From positions 1,612,001 to 1,676,000 of the forward strand of contig JBLWGC010000230.1 in assembly GCA_048772705.1 (NCBI GenBank): DNA of 64,000 nucleotides, read 5' to 3'. Under the pieces are notes generated by a model. It was not told where the DNA came from. It was given only the letters and a program-made list of their open reading frames with translations, and did no database searches. This document shows, piece after piece, positions 50,701-61,299 of the stretch (positions are counted from its first letter, which is position 1; every line of letters starts with the position of its first letter). Source of the stretch: Leidyana gryllorum EB-2025a. Taxonomy: Eukaryota > Protista > Apicomplexa. Both the position numbers and the translations under genes were made by a program.

Positions 50701-53700
50701 GGGCTATCTGGCTGTCGCGGATGTGCGAGCGGGATGCTTTATATGGGAAGGTGTCCTCCCGAACTCAGAGTGGACCTGTGCCGCCTGGCATCCCTGCGGT
50801 CTGGAGTTCACAGCGGGACAGTTGCTGGGAACATTCAGCATTTTCTCGGTGTTCAAAGGGACCATAAGTTCTCTGAAACCCCCCCCTCCTCCGAGTCCGG
50901 TTATCAAGACGCCAATCATTGAGGTCCACACCATCGATTCTTCCAACGAAGATGAAAATGACGACGCTGAATCGCAGATCCCTCTCGACACATCGAGCGG
51001 CCTCCCTTCTCCCTCCACCTCACAAAATCAGACTCCTCTGTCTGCTCAAACCATCACTCTGGGTGGAGGTCTCGGCTTCCCGTCCAACCCCCGCTTCTGT
51101 TCCACTCCGCTGATTCAATTCATGAATCTCGACTTCACACCAATGGTGGAGGTCTCCCTGGAGCGTACGGTCCGATCACTCCAAGACAGAGCTCGCCGCC
51201 ACACACAGTCGGGAGGCCGTTTCTTTGGTGCTCTCTACGATCACCACTATAGTCGTCAACCGCATGAAGTGTATCGGGAGCTACAAATCGTCAGCCACGA
51301 CCGTCAAGCCTTCTGTACTCTCCCAGTACCCCCTGCTGCCTTTCAGGGCGTCTTTCTGGCACGAACACTCTTCAGCTCGGCTATGCGGTTATTGTTGCCG
51401 CTCCTTAGAGATTTGGTAAGTAAACTACTGCTTGATACTTGAAAGTTCCCCCCCTGTCTCCTTCCCTCCCCCCCTCGATCACTTCTTTTCTTTTCTCAGC
51501 GTCAGAGCACCGACAGGTTGCTGGTGACCCCCGAGGGGGAGCTGGTTGTGTGTGTACCTCTACCGAGACATCGGCCGTATCTATTTCCCCAATTCGTATC
51601 TCCTGCATTTGGTGGCCCGATGATCACCGATCCAGTACGGATCGAACAGGGAGGGGCTAATGCCCCGGCGGCTATGGAAGAAGTCAATGATAATGACTGG
51701 GAGGGAGGAGATAGCGATTCTTCCAGTGCGAGTGCCCGCACCCCTCTCTCTAGCGAGAGCTCCAGCGACTCTGCCATCATCGAAGATGACGAGGGAGGCG
51801 CTTCGCCCCCGACGGCCGCTCAAACGGACCGCCGGCGACTGCGACGCTCGGGCCCCGCCAGAGCCACTCGGTCCTCCAACCGAGCAGCAACCCTGCAGAT
51901 AGAAGACGACGACTCGGGGGACGACGAGGAAGAGGAAGACGAGGAAGAAGAAGACGACGACTCTGGCGATGACGAGGAGGAGGAGGAGGACGACGACGAG
52001 GACAACGCAATGGAAGAGGAAATGGCGTATATGGAAGAGGCGGACTCGGAAGCGGGTATGGGAGAGTCGTCAGATTCAGGGGCGAGTCAATCGAGTAGCA
52101 ACGAAGCGCGAGGCGGGGGCAGGGGAGGTCACCACTTCGGTCAGCTCATACAGGAATTCCAAGCGTTGGATGAAATAGATTTTCGAGCAATGCCCTTTGA
52201 GCCGTGTGAAGTGCCGTTACAAACTGTCAGTGCCTACTCCATCTTGACAAAGATGGCAATGCTGATGGTTTCGATCGTCTTTGAGCCAACCGGTACAGAT
52301 TACATATCGAAAATTGCTTCGGGGATTCTGAAACGAACACTAACGGAGATCAGTGTTGATGCGGCCGACGGCATAAACGACCTCGCTGTGGCCCTCACAG
52401 CTTGGAGTGAGACTGTTGGGCTCGAGCATCTCGGCCACGAGCAGTGGTTGGAGGGACTGAGATTGATGCAGGGGTCGATTCAGGCGGCAGACGAACAAAC
52501 GCGTCCCGTCGTTGCAGAATCGCGCAATCTGTGTTTGATCTGCAACAAGAAAGGGATTGAGCCCAAAGGCATCGTGAGTCGACTCATTCTACAACGATTC
52601 ATGGAGAGTCCCCGACGCACGGAACTGTTGGTGTCGGTCGAACACGAAAGACATATGACGGGACGACGAATCACACGGAGAACAGCTCAAGAACACCCGA
52701 GTTTGTTAGTTGCTCTCTTGACGCAGTACATCGCGAGCCTCGCCACAGCCACAACCACAACAGTGGAACCCAATCAATACACCTCCGATCAGTCAATATG
52801 TCCAGAAGATCGAGGCTTAGAGCTTTTAGGACCTTTTCGGAGTTGTGATCACTCGCAAGCCGCAAGTCACGTCAAGCACCAATTCTATCTGCATCGCTGT
52901 TGTCTAAAGGGACTGAGTCCGTCTGCCCCCGTCGCCCTCAAAGGAGCTCTCTTAACACCTTTCACAGCCGCCGATTTGGACCGATTATTGAGATTGCGAC
53001 ACGGAAACGGACGGTCCCGAGTATACAGACGCAACTCGTTGGGAGCCGGTGGTACCGGAGGCGGTCAGGTGGCTGACGCCCTCTGTACTGTCTGTGGAGA
53101 CGACTTTGCCTTCTCCCAGTGTCTCTTCTGTACCTCACCGTTTCATCTGAGCTGTGCCCTCCGTACTGCAAAGACATCGTCTCCAGTCAAAACGTGCCGT
53201 CCAGCAAGAGCACTCGGCGGCCAAGAGTTTGTGGCGCTCTCAAACAGCGTCGTGTGCAACAAGTAAGTCAATATCTCACTGTTTCCGACCCATGTGTGTG
53301 TGTGTTTCCTTTCCGCTCAGCTGCGTTCGGAAGCACAGTTGGCCGTTGATGACTCACGGAGGCAATGCAGCCTCACTACAGACCAATCCGCGCTTAAGGG
53401 AGTTCAGAACCGAGCGTGTGCAACTGGGCGACATTGTACGAATCCAGGCCAAACAAGATCCTTCATCGCTGATTTGCGTCGAGGGAATGTTCGATGCGGC
53501 TGTGGTGGACATGCAGTGGCGCTATGGCGTGTACCAATTTGATCCTGAGACCATACATCAGGCAATGAAAAATGTAGCCCGACGCTTGCCTTCAATGACA
53601 GGTGGATCTTCTTCCAGCTCCAGCCGACGGCGAGCAGCCCAACCAGTGACTGAGCATCAAAAGAGGGGCGTCTTATGTCAGCTGATGACAATGTTGGCTC

Positions 53701-55139
53701 CAGAAGACGCATTCCAATGTGTCACCTCGACACTCGAGGCTCATCTAACACTGTTGGTGCTGCCACCCCATCAACGAGCGGGTACGTGGTTTGATTTCTT
53801 GGATTTACGCCTTGTGGACTTTGACATCTGCTCTCTGTTTCTTTTTCAGGGGAACTCATATACTACACCTGCAATGAGGGATTGTTGGACACTTCCCGAA
53901 TGTCAATTCTCGGTGCTGTGTGGGACGAATGTCAGTACTACACAACGCACCCCTCTTTGCCCACCAGTGTTCGGACTCGACTGACTGAGGCGAATAGAAA
54001 AGGGTTGGGGGCCGTTGGGTCATCAAAATCTATTCTGGCTGATCACGATGCAGTCCCAGTACCCTCTTCCCTCTCTCCGCTGTTGCCTTTGATTCTCTTC
54101 CACATAAAGTGCCATCAAACCTCCGGTGATGGGTCCAGTCACTATGCGACCAGACGGAGCTCGACAACGCTACCCGTTAACGGCGGCGACATCACACTCC
54201 GACAACGACTCTCGTCTGCAGGGTCCTCGTCCTGCAAACTGCGGGGAGAACAGCTTTTGCTGTCGCTTCGGGCAATAAGCACTCTTATGGTGTTGTCCGA
54301 AGCTGCTGTCCCCAAACTAGGGAGTGCCTTGGGTCAAGTTACACCGGTTTTGGGGGATGAGGTGTCCACTGCTGTCGCTGCTAAAGAGCTGTTGGCTGCC
54401 GCCTCTGGAACGGACGATCGACTGGCCGAACAGTGGGCAGACATCGCCCGCACCATAGAGTCGGAGCCTCCCGTCTATGGTGCCTTCTTAAGCGATGTCC
54501 CTCTACCCCCTCGATCCGTTCTTGATCGATGGGCCAACGCCCCACTCTCACGGGCCTCTCAAAGGAATGTTCGCAACTTTGAGATACCACAACTGGAAAG
54601 TGGTGTTCCTGCGTGGTTGCCTTCATACGCCACAGAAGTTGCCCACCCCGTCGCTCTCGCAACGCTCTATGATCGCCTCAAAGAAGGGTGAGTTAACAGC
54701 TGAGAGTATATTCTGACTGTTTTTTCTGTGCTTCAAAATCAGGCGATATCGGGACGAGGTGGCATTCTTAGCTGAGTTGGAGATATTGGTCAATAACGCT
54801 GTGTACTTCAATGGAGATGAGGATAGGGTGGCACAGTTGGCCGTCAATTTACAAACAGAGTTCCACCTCCTGGCCCGCCCAGACAGTGCCGTCATCCCCA
54901 GCTTCCATCATCGCCTCATGGACAGGATAAACGAGCAATTTTGCTTCGGAAGCTGCGCTCTGGAAGCCATCCTTGTCAACATCCAGGCCTTGACGCCTTC
55001 TGATGCCGCTGATCTTCTTGAGTTAAGCTGCCATGGAACCCCTCCAAATATCAGCGAAGGGCTCACAAGAAGGAGTAATTCGGATGATGAGGAGTCTCCA
55101 GCCGTATTGCGTACACGACGGCGACGAGCACCACGGTGA
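44746..55139 (+). CDS. BRWD/PHIP-like WD40 + bromodomain protein with ePHD finger and very long acidic disordered N-terminus (~3,300 aa)
   Basis: Introns 45072-45110, 48342-48457, 51416-51499, ~53263-53320, 53782-53849 and ~54688-54742 join all ORFs in frame. WD motifs YFLTAGDDGFIKVF and VLCPHPWLPSVVLIADHQG, QFMNLDFTPM (BRWD QFFxxDYxPL-like), Cys/His finger, bromodomain YATEVAHPVALATLYDRL...NNAVYFNG. Confidence 0.85.
45706..45772 (+). repeat. 30-bp coding tandem duplication (EAKEPKVATS/EAKEPKVVAT)
   Basis: cagaagctaaggaaccgaaagt occurs twice at 30-nt spacing. Confidence 0.8.
51900..52003 (+). repeat. Duplicated acidic tract (EDDDSGDDEEEE x2)
   Basis: gaagacgacgactc(g/t)gg repeated within a GAR/GAY-rich tract. 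Confidence 0.7.
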
Positions 55140-55153
55140 CCACCACTTCTTCA

Positions 55154-56355
55154 TCAAGAATTCTCTTGCTGGTGGTGAGGCTGCTGCTGCTGTTGCTGCT
55201 GCTGATCAACTGACTTGAACCACGGATCAGCGATGCAATGACGTCGCTTCGAGGGATCTTCCCGATCAGGTAGAAGAATCAACAACCGCTGCGAGAACAA
55301 GCATTGCAAACAGGCACGAATGGACGCGCGCGCACGCTCAAACTAACCTTAGACACATTGTTTGCCAAACGGGCTCTTCCGACAATCTCTTGGAATGTTT
55401 TATCGATCCCGTTTCCGATTACCAGATAGCTGAAAAGAAGCTGCTTAGTTAGGTTGCACAACATTAGAGATCATTACGTCGAATGTGTGAGATCTGGATC
55501 CATCGTATAATAAGCGCATCTCGCCCCAAAAAGGCCACCTGGCCTTACTATCCAGCATCTTTCAGTTGGACGACAGCCATCATCCATGCTCGTTATGGAA
55601 ACTGTCGCCTCCACACGATCAAGTCCCACAGCCCAACGATAGATTTGAAGGGTTTCTTGAAAATCATTAGCCTTTACGAAAGGCATAGACCAAGTCCGAA
55701 CATTCGAAATACTTGCACACAGATGCTCATCATTTACTTCAACTGTAAACGCTTTGCCTCTCACAGGTGCAGGAAAAGCTGCCGCTACCATCTTTCTGAG
55801 ATCGGGGGGAACTGTTAGGCCATCTTCAGTGACCAGAGCTTGTAGTGTTAGCAGCTCGAAGGCATCAAGTGTCACCTGCACCTGATCGATGGCGGGTGGT
55901 GGCACCCAAGAAAGATAGCCTAACGCCAATAAAAGTTGCACCAGTGCTGCACATCCCTCATTTTCCCCCCACTGCTCGCGTGTGCCACTTGGCTCGAAGT
56001 TTAACCCTTTAACTGCATAGCATCCGCTTGGGGTAAGTGACCACAACATGAATTTTTTCCATCCAGCTGACTCAGTAGATGGATTAAAGAGGATTTTCAG
56101 GATTGTGCACCATGTCTGTATGTTTCGGTGCCGGTGTCTCCGAAACAAACATGCACGGCATGTCTTCCAGCAATCCTGCCCCGGACCCTGTGCAACAAAG
56201 CACCTCAGATGACTCTAATCAGGGCCCTAGCCGTCTGTTGGGGCACCCTGGGGTATTACGTGTTGAATTAAAGGCCTTGAAGGCCCGGCAGCAGCCAAGG
56301 AAGCATCATCAGCCTGCATTTGCGGGGCCTTTATTGAAAAGCTCTCCTTCGCCAT
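55154..56355 (-). CDS. Hypothetical protein with C-terminal poly-Gln, ~4 exons
   Basis: 224-aa ORF extendable 5' (MAKESFS...IQH|GPGQDCW) and 3' (TYLVIGNG...SK|RLLILLPD...QQQQQQQQPHHQQENS*) through GT-AG introns. The start is uncertain. Confidence 0.55.
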
Positions 56356-57094
56356 CAGCTTTACCCATGCCTGTCTTTGTGAAGAATATGCGATCAGGCA
56401 ACGGGTAGCGCGAGTGATAGCGTTATCGTCATTGGAGAAAGGTCACGAGAAGACCATCATTACCCCATAACTGCCTGCCCATCTATTGATCAACGCGGCA
56501 GAGACGTTTTCTCACAGGCGGCGGGGTTCGCTTCTTTGTTCGTGTGTGTGAAAAGTGAGAGCAATCGACGACGCGCACAAACTTCTTAAGTCATCAAGTC
56601 ATCGACGCAGTATCGTTGCTATTCTTCGATTTCGAGAAGAAGTGAAGCTTAGCCGTGTCCAATCCCTCGCTGCTTACACTGTATCGCTGCTATCTGTCTG
56701 TCAGTCTGTCCGGTGGTTTATTTTTCAGTTCCTCGGTGTCGTATGAACCCAAGGAGAGTCGCAAGCGGCTACCGTCAGTTGTCGAGACGGGCCTTACTAC
56801 CTGTTTGAGATTACTGCGCTGTAATAATAACAAGCGCAATTGAGTCAACAAATGGACTCAGTTTCGATTTCTCAATCACACAGTATGACTCAAATATGTA
56901 AAGGGTGTTCATCAAATAGTCAGGTAGGTTTGCACGCTAGCGATGAGAGTGAGCGGTTTGCGGGTCTCCGATGAGGAAGCAGAACCTTGTAGAGGTAACG
57001 GGTTGGTGATCGCAGAAGAGTAGACAACGATCGATCCGAAACCGTTCCCCGTTGGCCCCGTGGCCTCACGAGGTAGTTGAGGAATGACAGCTTC

Positions 57095-57777
57095 TTATCT
57101 ACGGGGTCTGATGGTCGCGTTGGGGATTTCAGTGTTGCGGGCAACGTCATTCAATGATGATTCGGTGCTGGGAGCACTTGAGCTTCCGGGAACATTGGTT
57201 GGAGTGCCAGGAGTTCTGACAGAGGCGAGACGCTTCTCTTCACTAGGGAGAGGCAATGAGGGTGATGGCGGGTCGAACTTACGTGACAATCTGTCTCCAG
57301 AGCGAAGAAATCACTTGCGAGAGTCTGAGGTAGACGCACCACAGTATGACAGAGAGGAAGCAGATGAAGAAATTGCGTTCAGCTCTCCACTTATTGGCTT
57401 TTAGACGGTCCTCCACCTCCGCAGTAGCCAAAACGCCCCCGGATTCCATATGTTCTTGAAAGGCGGACAGTTTGGAGCTCGCGTGATTGAGGTATCCGAC
57501 CTGGAATTGTTGATAGAGAGGCGTAGGGGTTAGATGATGGCCTACTTGAATAACGAATCGCAAGATGCAGAAGGCCATGAAGATAGTATTGATAGGTAGC
57601 TTAACTTTGCCCATCGCGACAGTTTGCTGCGAAGGAAGGTGGTAGATGGTGATCAAAAGTGGTGAGCATTACTTGGCCGGTGGCTATTGCCCATCTTTGG
57701 CAGATTCTTATGCCACTCAAGAGCAGGATGATGCCCAAGGCAGCTCCACTGGGTAGGAAAAAGACTTCGAACATCAT
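57095..57777 (-). CDS. BAP31/Yet-like ER membrane protein
   Basis: Three TM segments and KWRAERNFFICFLSVILW (BAP31 KFRAQRNxYI-like motif). Two introns. Confidence 0.7.
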
Positions 57778-57815
57778 AGTTGGCGGTTTAAAATAATTGG
57801 AGTTTGTGACCAATA

Positions 57816-59411
57816 ATGTCTGCTTCACTGCATCGTGCTATATTGACTGGCAACCCAGCCCGTCAGTCCTCCAACCATTTGAATCGATCTACCTGTGGTA
57901 GCGGTCCGGATGTTGGATCATATCTCCGTGTCGCTTCTGCTACTGCTATGACTGATCAGCATGATACAAAGGAGGCTGGCGTGACTGCGGATTTGCGTCT
58001 GCGTTTCGCTAATGCGACTGAGATGGCGACTTTTCTCGAAGAGCATCCCCGTATCCGACTTTTGGATGTCTGTTTCTCTGACCCCCTGGGTGCCTGGCAT
58101 CACTGTACTCTCACAACCGATCACGTAGATTTCAAAGGACTCAACGAAGGCTTCGGCTTCGATGCTTCCAGTATTGCCATGTTCGAACGAATCGAAAACT
58201 CTGATTATGTGATGCGCCCGGACCCTTCGACATGCTGGTTGGACCCCTTCGCCAAATTCCCTACTCTGCATGTCACTGCCTCCATCTTCACCGCCGAAGG
58301 ACTCCCGTACGATAAATGCCCTCGTCAAATCCTTGTTCGAGCTCAAAGTCTCCTGCGGGAATTGGGCATTGCTGACGAAGCCTACTTTGGACCTGAAGCT
58401 GAATTCTTCCTCTTCAACTGTGCCAGATGGTCCATGGACGCTCACAATACCTTCTTCAGTGTCGATGGAGAGGAGGCTCACTGGAATCACGCCCAAGAAC
58501 AGAATTTGGCCCATCGTGCTAACCTTAAGGGAGGCTATATGACTAGCCGACCTGTCGATAAGAATGCTGATATTCGTAGCGAAATGTTGATCACCCTCGA
58601 GCAATTGGGTATAAGGTCCGAGAAACACCATCATGAGGTAGCCACCTGCCAAATGGAAATCAATATTCGGGCGGCTGGTGTTGTTGAATGTGCTGATAAC
58701 CTGCAAAGACTAAAATACATAGTCAAGAATGTTGCTGCGCGTCACAACAAGACCGCTACGTTCATGCCTAAGCCTTTGGCAAATGATAATGGTTCGGGAA
58801 TGCACTGTAATCAAAGTTTGTGGAAAGAAGGTGTCAATCTATTCTATGATCCCGATGGCAAATTCCATGAGATGAGCCAAATTGGACTGTGGTACATGGC
58901 AGGCATTCTTAAACACTGCAGATCCTTGCTTGCCATTGCTTGCCCCACCACAAACTCTTATAGAAGGCTTGTTCCTGATTTCGAAGCGCCAGTACATATT
59001 ACCTATTCCGCCGGAAACAGATCCACCGCCATCCGCGTACCCACATTCTGTTCACCCAAAACTAAAAGAATTGAGTTCCGTATGCCAGATGCGTCCTGCT
59101 GTCCTTACCTGGCGTTTGCTGCAATGATGCTCGCTGGTATCGACGGGATTCTCAATCAAACGGAATTGCCTGTCATGGGGGAAGGCAACCTCTTCGACCC
59201 TGCTAACCCGATCCTTCCGCTGATAGAGAGGTCGCCGTATGAGTTGTCTGAAGCACTAGATGCTTTGGAGGCCGATCATCAATATTTGCTGCGCGGTGAC
59301 ATCTTCACACCGAAGTTCATCAATAGCTATATTGCCTATAAGCGCAAAGAGGTTGCGGCGCTCCGATGTTCCCCCCACCCACGCGAATTCATGCTTCACT
59401 ATGGCTGTTAG
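57816..59411 (+). CDS. glnA: Glutamine synthetase, prokaryotic type I (GSI-beta-like), intronless
   Basis: FDASSI, SDYVMRPDP, FGPEAEFFLF, KHHHEVATCQMEI, TATFMPKPLANDNGSGMHCNQSLW, NSYRRLVPDFEAP, NRSTAIRVP, RIEFRMPD, PHPREFMLHYGC. Confidence 0.96.
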   Translation: MSASLHRAILTGNPARQSSNHLNRSTCGSGPDVGSYLRVASATAMTDQHDTKEAGVTADLRLRFANATEMATFLEEHPRIRLLDVCFSDPLGAWHHCTLTTDHVDFKGLNEGFGFDASSIAMFERIENSDYVMRPDPSTCWLDPFAKFPTLHVTASIFTAEGLPYDKCPRQILVRAQSLLRELGIADEAYFGPEAEFFLFNCARWSMDAHNTFFSVDGEEAHWNHAQEQNLAHRANLKGGYMTSRPVDKNADIRSEMLITLEQLGIRSEKHHHEVATCQMEINIRAAGVVECADNLQRLKYIVKNVAARHNKTATFMPKPLANDNGSGMHCNQSLWKEGVNLFYDPDGKFHEMSQIGLWYMAGILKHCRSLLAIACPTTNSYRRLVPDFEAPVHITYSAGNRSTAIRVPTFCSPKTKRIEFRMPDASCCPYLAFAAMMLAGIDGILNQTELPVMGEGNLFDPANPILPLIERSPYELSEALDALEADHQYLLRGDIFTPKFINSYIAYKRKEVAALRCSPHPREFMLHYGC

Positions 59412-59430
59412 CACACACGTGTGCTCGGTC

Positions 59431-59864
59431 ATGAAGCTAGCGATCAGTCTTGCTTTTTGCTCTGTGATTACGTCTGGAGCCCAGAAAAAGTCGGGCGACG
59501 GAGGCTCCATTTTGTCAGATCTTGTTGGATTACCGCCGAACGTCGCACTCAAAGTCACTCCAGACCAACGTACGTCTATCTCATCAAAAACCTAGATCAT
59601 TCCCATCGTTGTTGATAGCTGTCCAATTAACAGCTTATGATATGAACAGTCTGTTGGAGACGGTGCACCACGAAATTCGCAAACTCACAGAAATGGCAGA
59701 AGATCGATATGCTGCCGTTCTGCGGGAAGCCCAGAAGACAGGAAATGGTAAGTGTCTGACAGATGAAAAAAGCCAGATCTAATTGTGCAGTTTGGGCTCT
59801 TCACAATGCACCCATCTATATTCCGAACGCTGTCAGTTTCCTCAACAGAGTGACGGAAAAGTGA
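59431..59864 (+). CDS. Small putative secreted protein (~115 aa), 3 exons
   Basis: MKLAISLAFCSVITSGA signal-like start. Introns 59570-59618 and ~59748-59790 keep an open frame to TGA 59862-59864. Confidence 0.5.
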
Positions 59865-59869
59865 CGTCT

Positions 59870-61264
59870 TCAAATGTCCAGTTCGACAACACACCCTTCC
59901 TTTGCGGCACATGCCATATCAGCTTCGACTGCTGGTGAGGATGCCGACCACGTGAAGATGCTCTCCCTGTTCCAGTGCGTCCCACTCAGACTCTGAGGGA
60001 AGGACAGTGAATTAGACCGGTGACCTTCTCACCTCCAGATCGTGTGTCACTCGGCAACTGATGGCACACCCAATCCACGATGCTTGCACTGCAGGCACTG
60101 GCAATGTCCGGAATACTATATCGCCAGTTGCCAGCTTTTTCAAATCGGGATGATGTGATAAAACATCGCTGCGGATCAATGTCGCAGCCGGCTCATATAT
60201 TCAATACTCACTAGAACTCCAGTGCAAGCCGTTCTTTTAGCCCCAGCGTGTCCGCTGCTCCACCAGTCAGAATGATATTTTGCAGAACGAGCCGCCGGAC
60301 ATCCATTTCAATGCCCTCGAGAGATCTGTGCATGTAATGAGAAGGGCCTTATTCTCTTTTACACTGACTTGATCATAAGCTCTTGTACTGTGGGTTTCGT
60401 CTTGTAAGCTTCGAGGATCTCTTGCTCATCTCCAAGATGCTTGTCGTTGAAAAGAGGTTCAAAACAACGCCACCTTCGGAGGCGATTTGATGAGCAGTTG
60501 GTCAAAAGCAGCGTACCGGGCATCTGGATCAACTTTGGGAAGTCCGGTGATCTCGTGTGGAGCTTTGGTATAGAGCTCGAGACCCTTGCAGCGGAACCTG
60601 ACATATCCCAGGGCCGAAATCAGGTCTGGTGAGGATTCGATCTTCGCGTGTGGGGATCAGATGACGAGTTTGACAGGACTCACTGGGAATTTGGAGAGTT
60701 TTGCAAACTGTTTGTGAACGTCCTCCAGGCCTCGTCCATAGACTTCTCTGTAGGCGAGACTGATGACCGAGCCATGGGCAACGGGTTGTACACGGATGTG
60801 ATTGTGGCCGAAATCAACGACAAGACCGGAGATGAGGCCGGTGCAATACAAGGCGAGAGGCAAAGCAGGAGCGATGTGTATCTTGGCGACGCCATAACGT
60901 TCGAAGAATATGTCACACATGGCTTCTCTAGTGATAATGAGGAAGCGATCGAGAGCATAGTCTACCTGGCTGGGAGGGGTAGGCTGGGTGTTTCAATCAG
61001 AACAAGAAGAGCATTGGTGAAGGAGGCTTCGGCAAATGCGCAGACGAGTTTATCAACTAAAGGGCGCAGCATCTCTCTCCATTCATCGCGTGGTGGAAAT
61101 ACATCGATATGGTCAAAACTCTGCTTGTGGACTGTACTGAGGCCTTCAGATAGTACGACTCTAGGACTGCGCTCTCCTCCGAATCCTGCGCGGCACCAGA
61201 CTGCTCCGAAGTGCACCAGGAGAGGAGTGGATGCTGGATCGTATATCAGAGGGTCCATGGCCAT
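59870..61264 (-). CDS. Actin-related protein, dynactin Arp10/Arp11-like
   Basis: LLVHFGAVWCRAGFGGERSPR, GLVVDFGHNHIRVQPV, LQNIILTGGAA, ASWIGCAI. About 5 introns. Confidence 0.75.
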
Positions 61265-61299
61265 GTTGATTTTTTTGGGCTGAAGTAGAGACTAATTAG

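Noticed and set aside
55474-56148. Possible transposon or viral remnant
   Set aside because: No transposase, RT or integrase motifs or terminal repeats; it splices into an ordinary multi-exon gene.
57918-58706. 262-aa antisense ORF over glutamine synthetase
   Set aside because: Shadow of the sense codon bias; no motifs.
60648-61283. 211-aa plus-strand ORF
   Set aside because: Lies antisense to the Arp gene, which has clear actin-fold motifs and splice sites.
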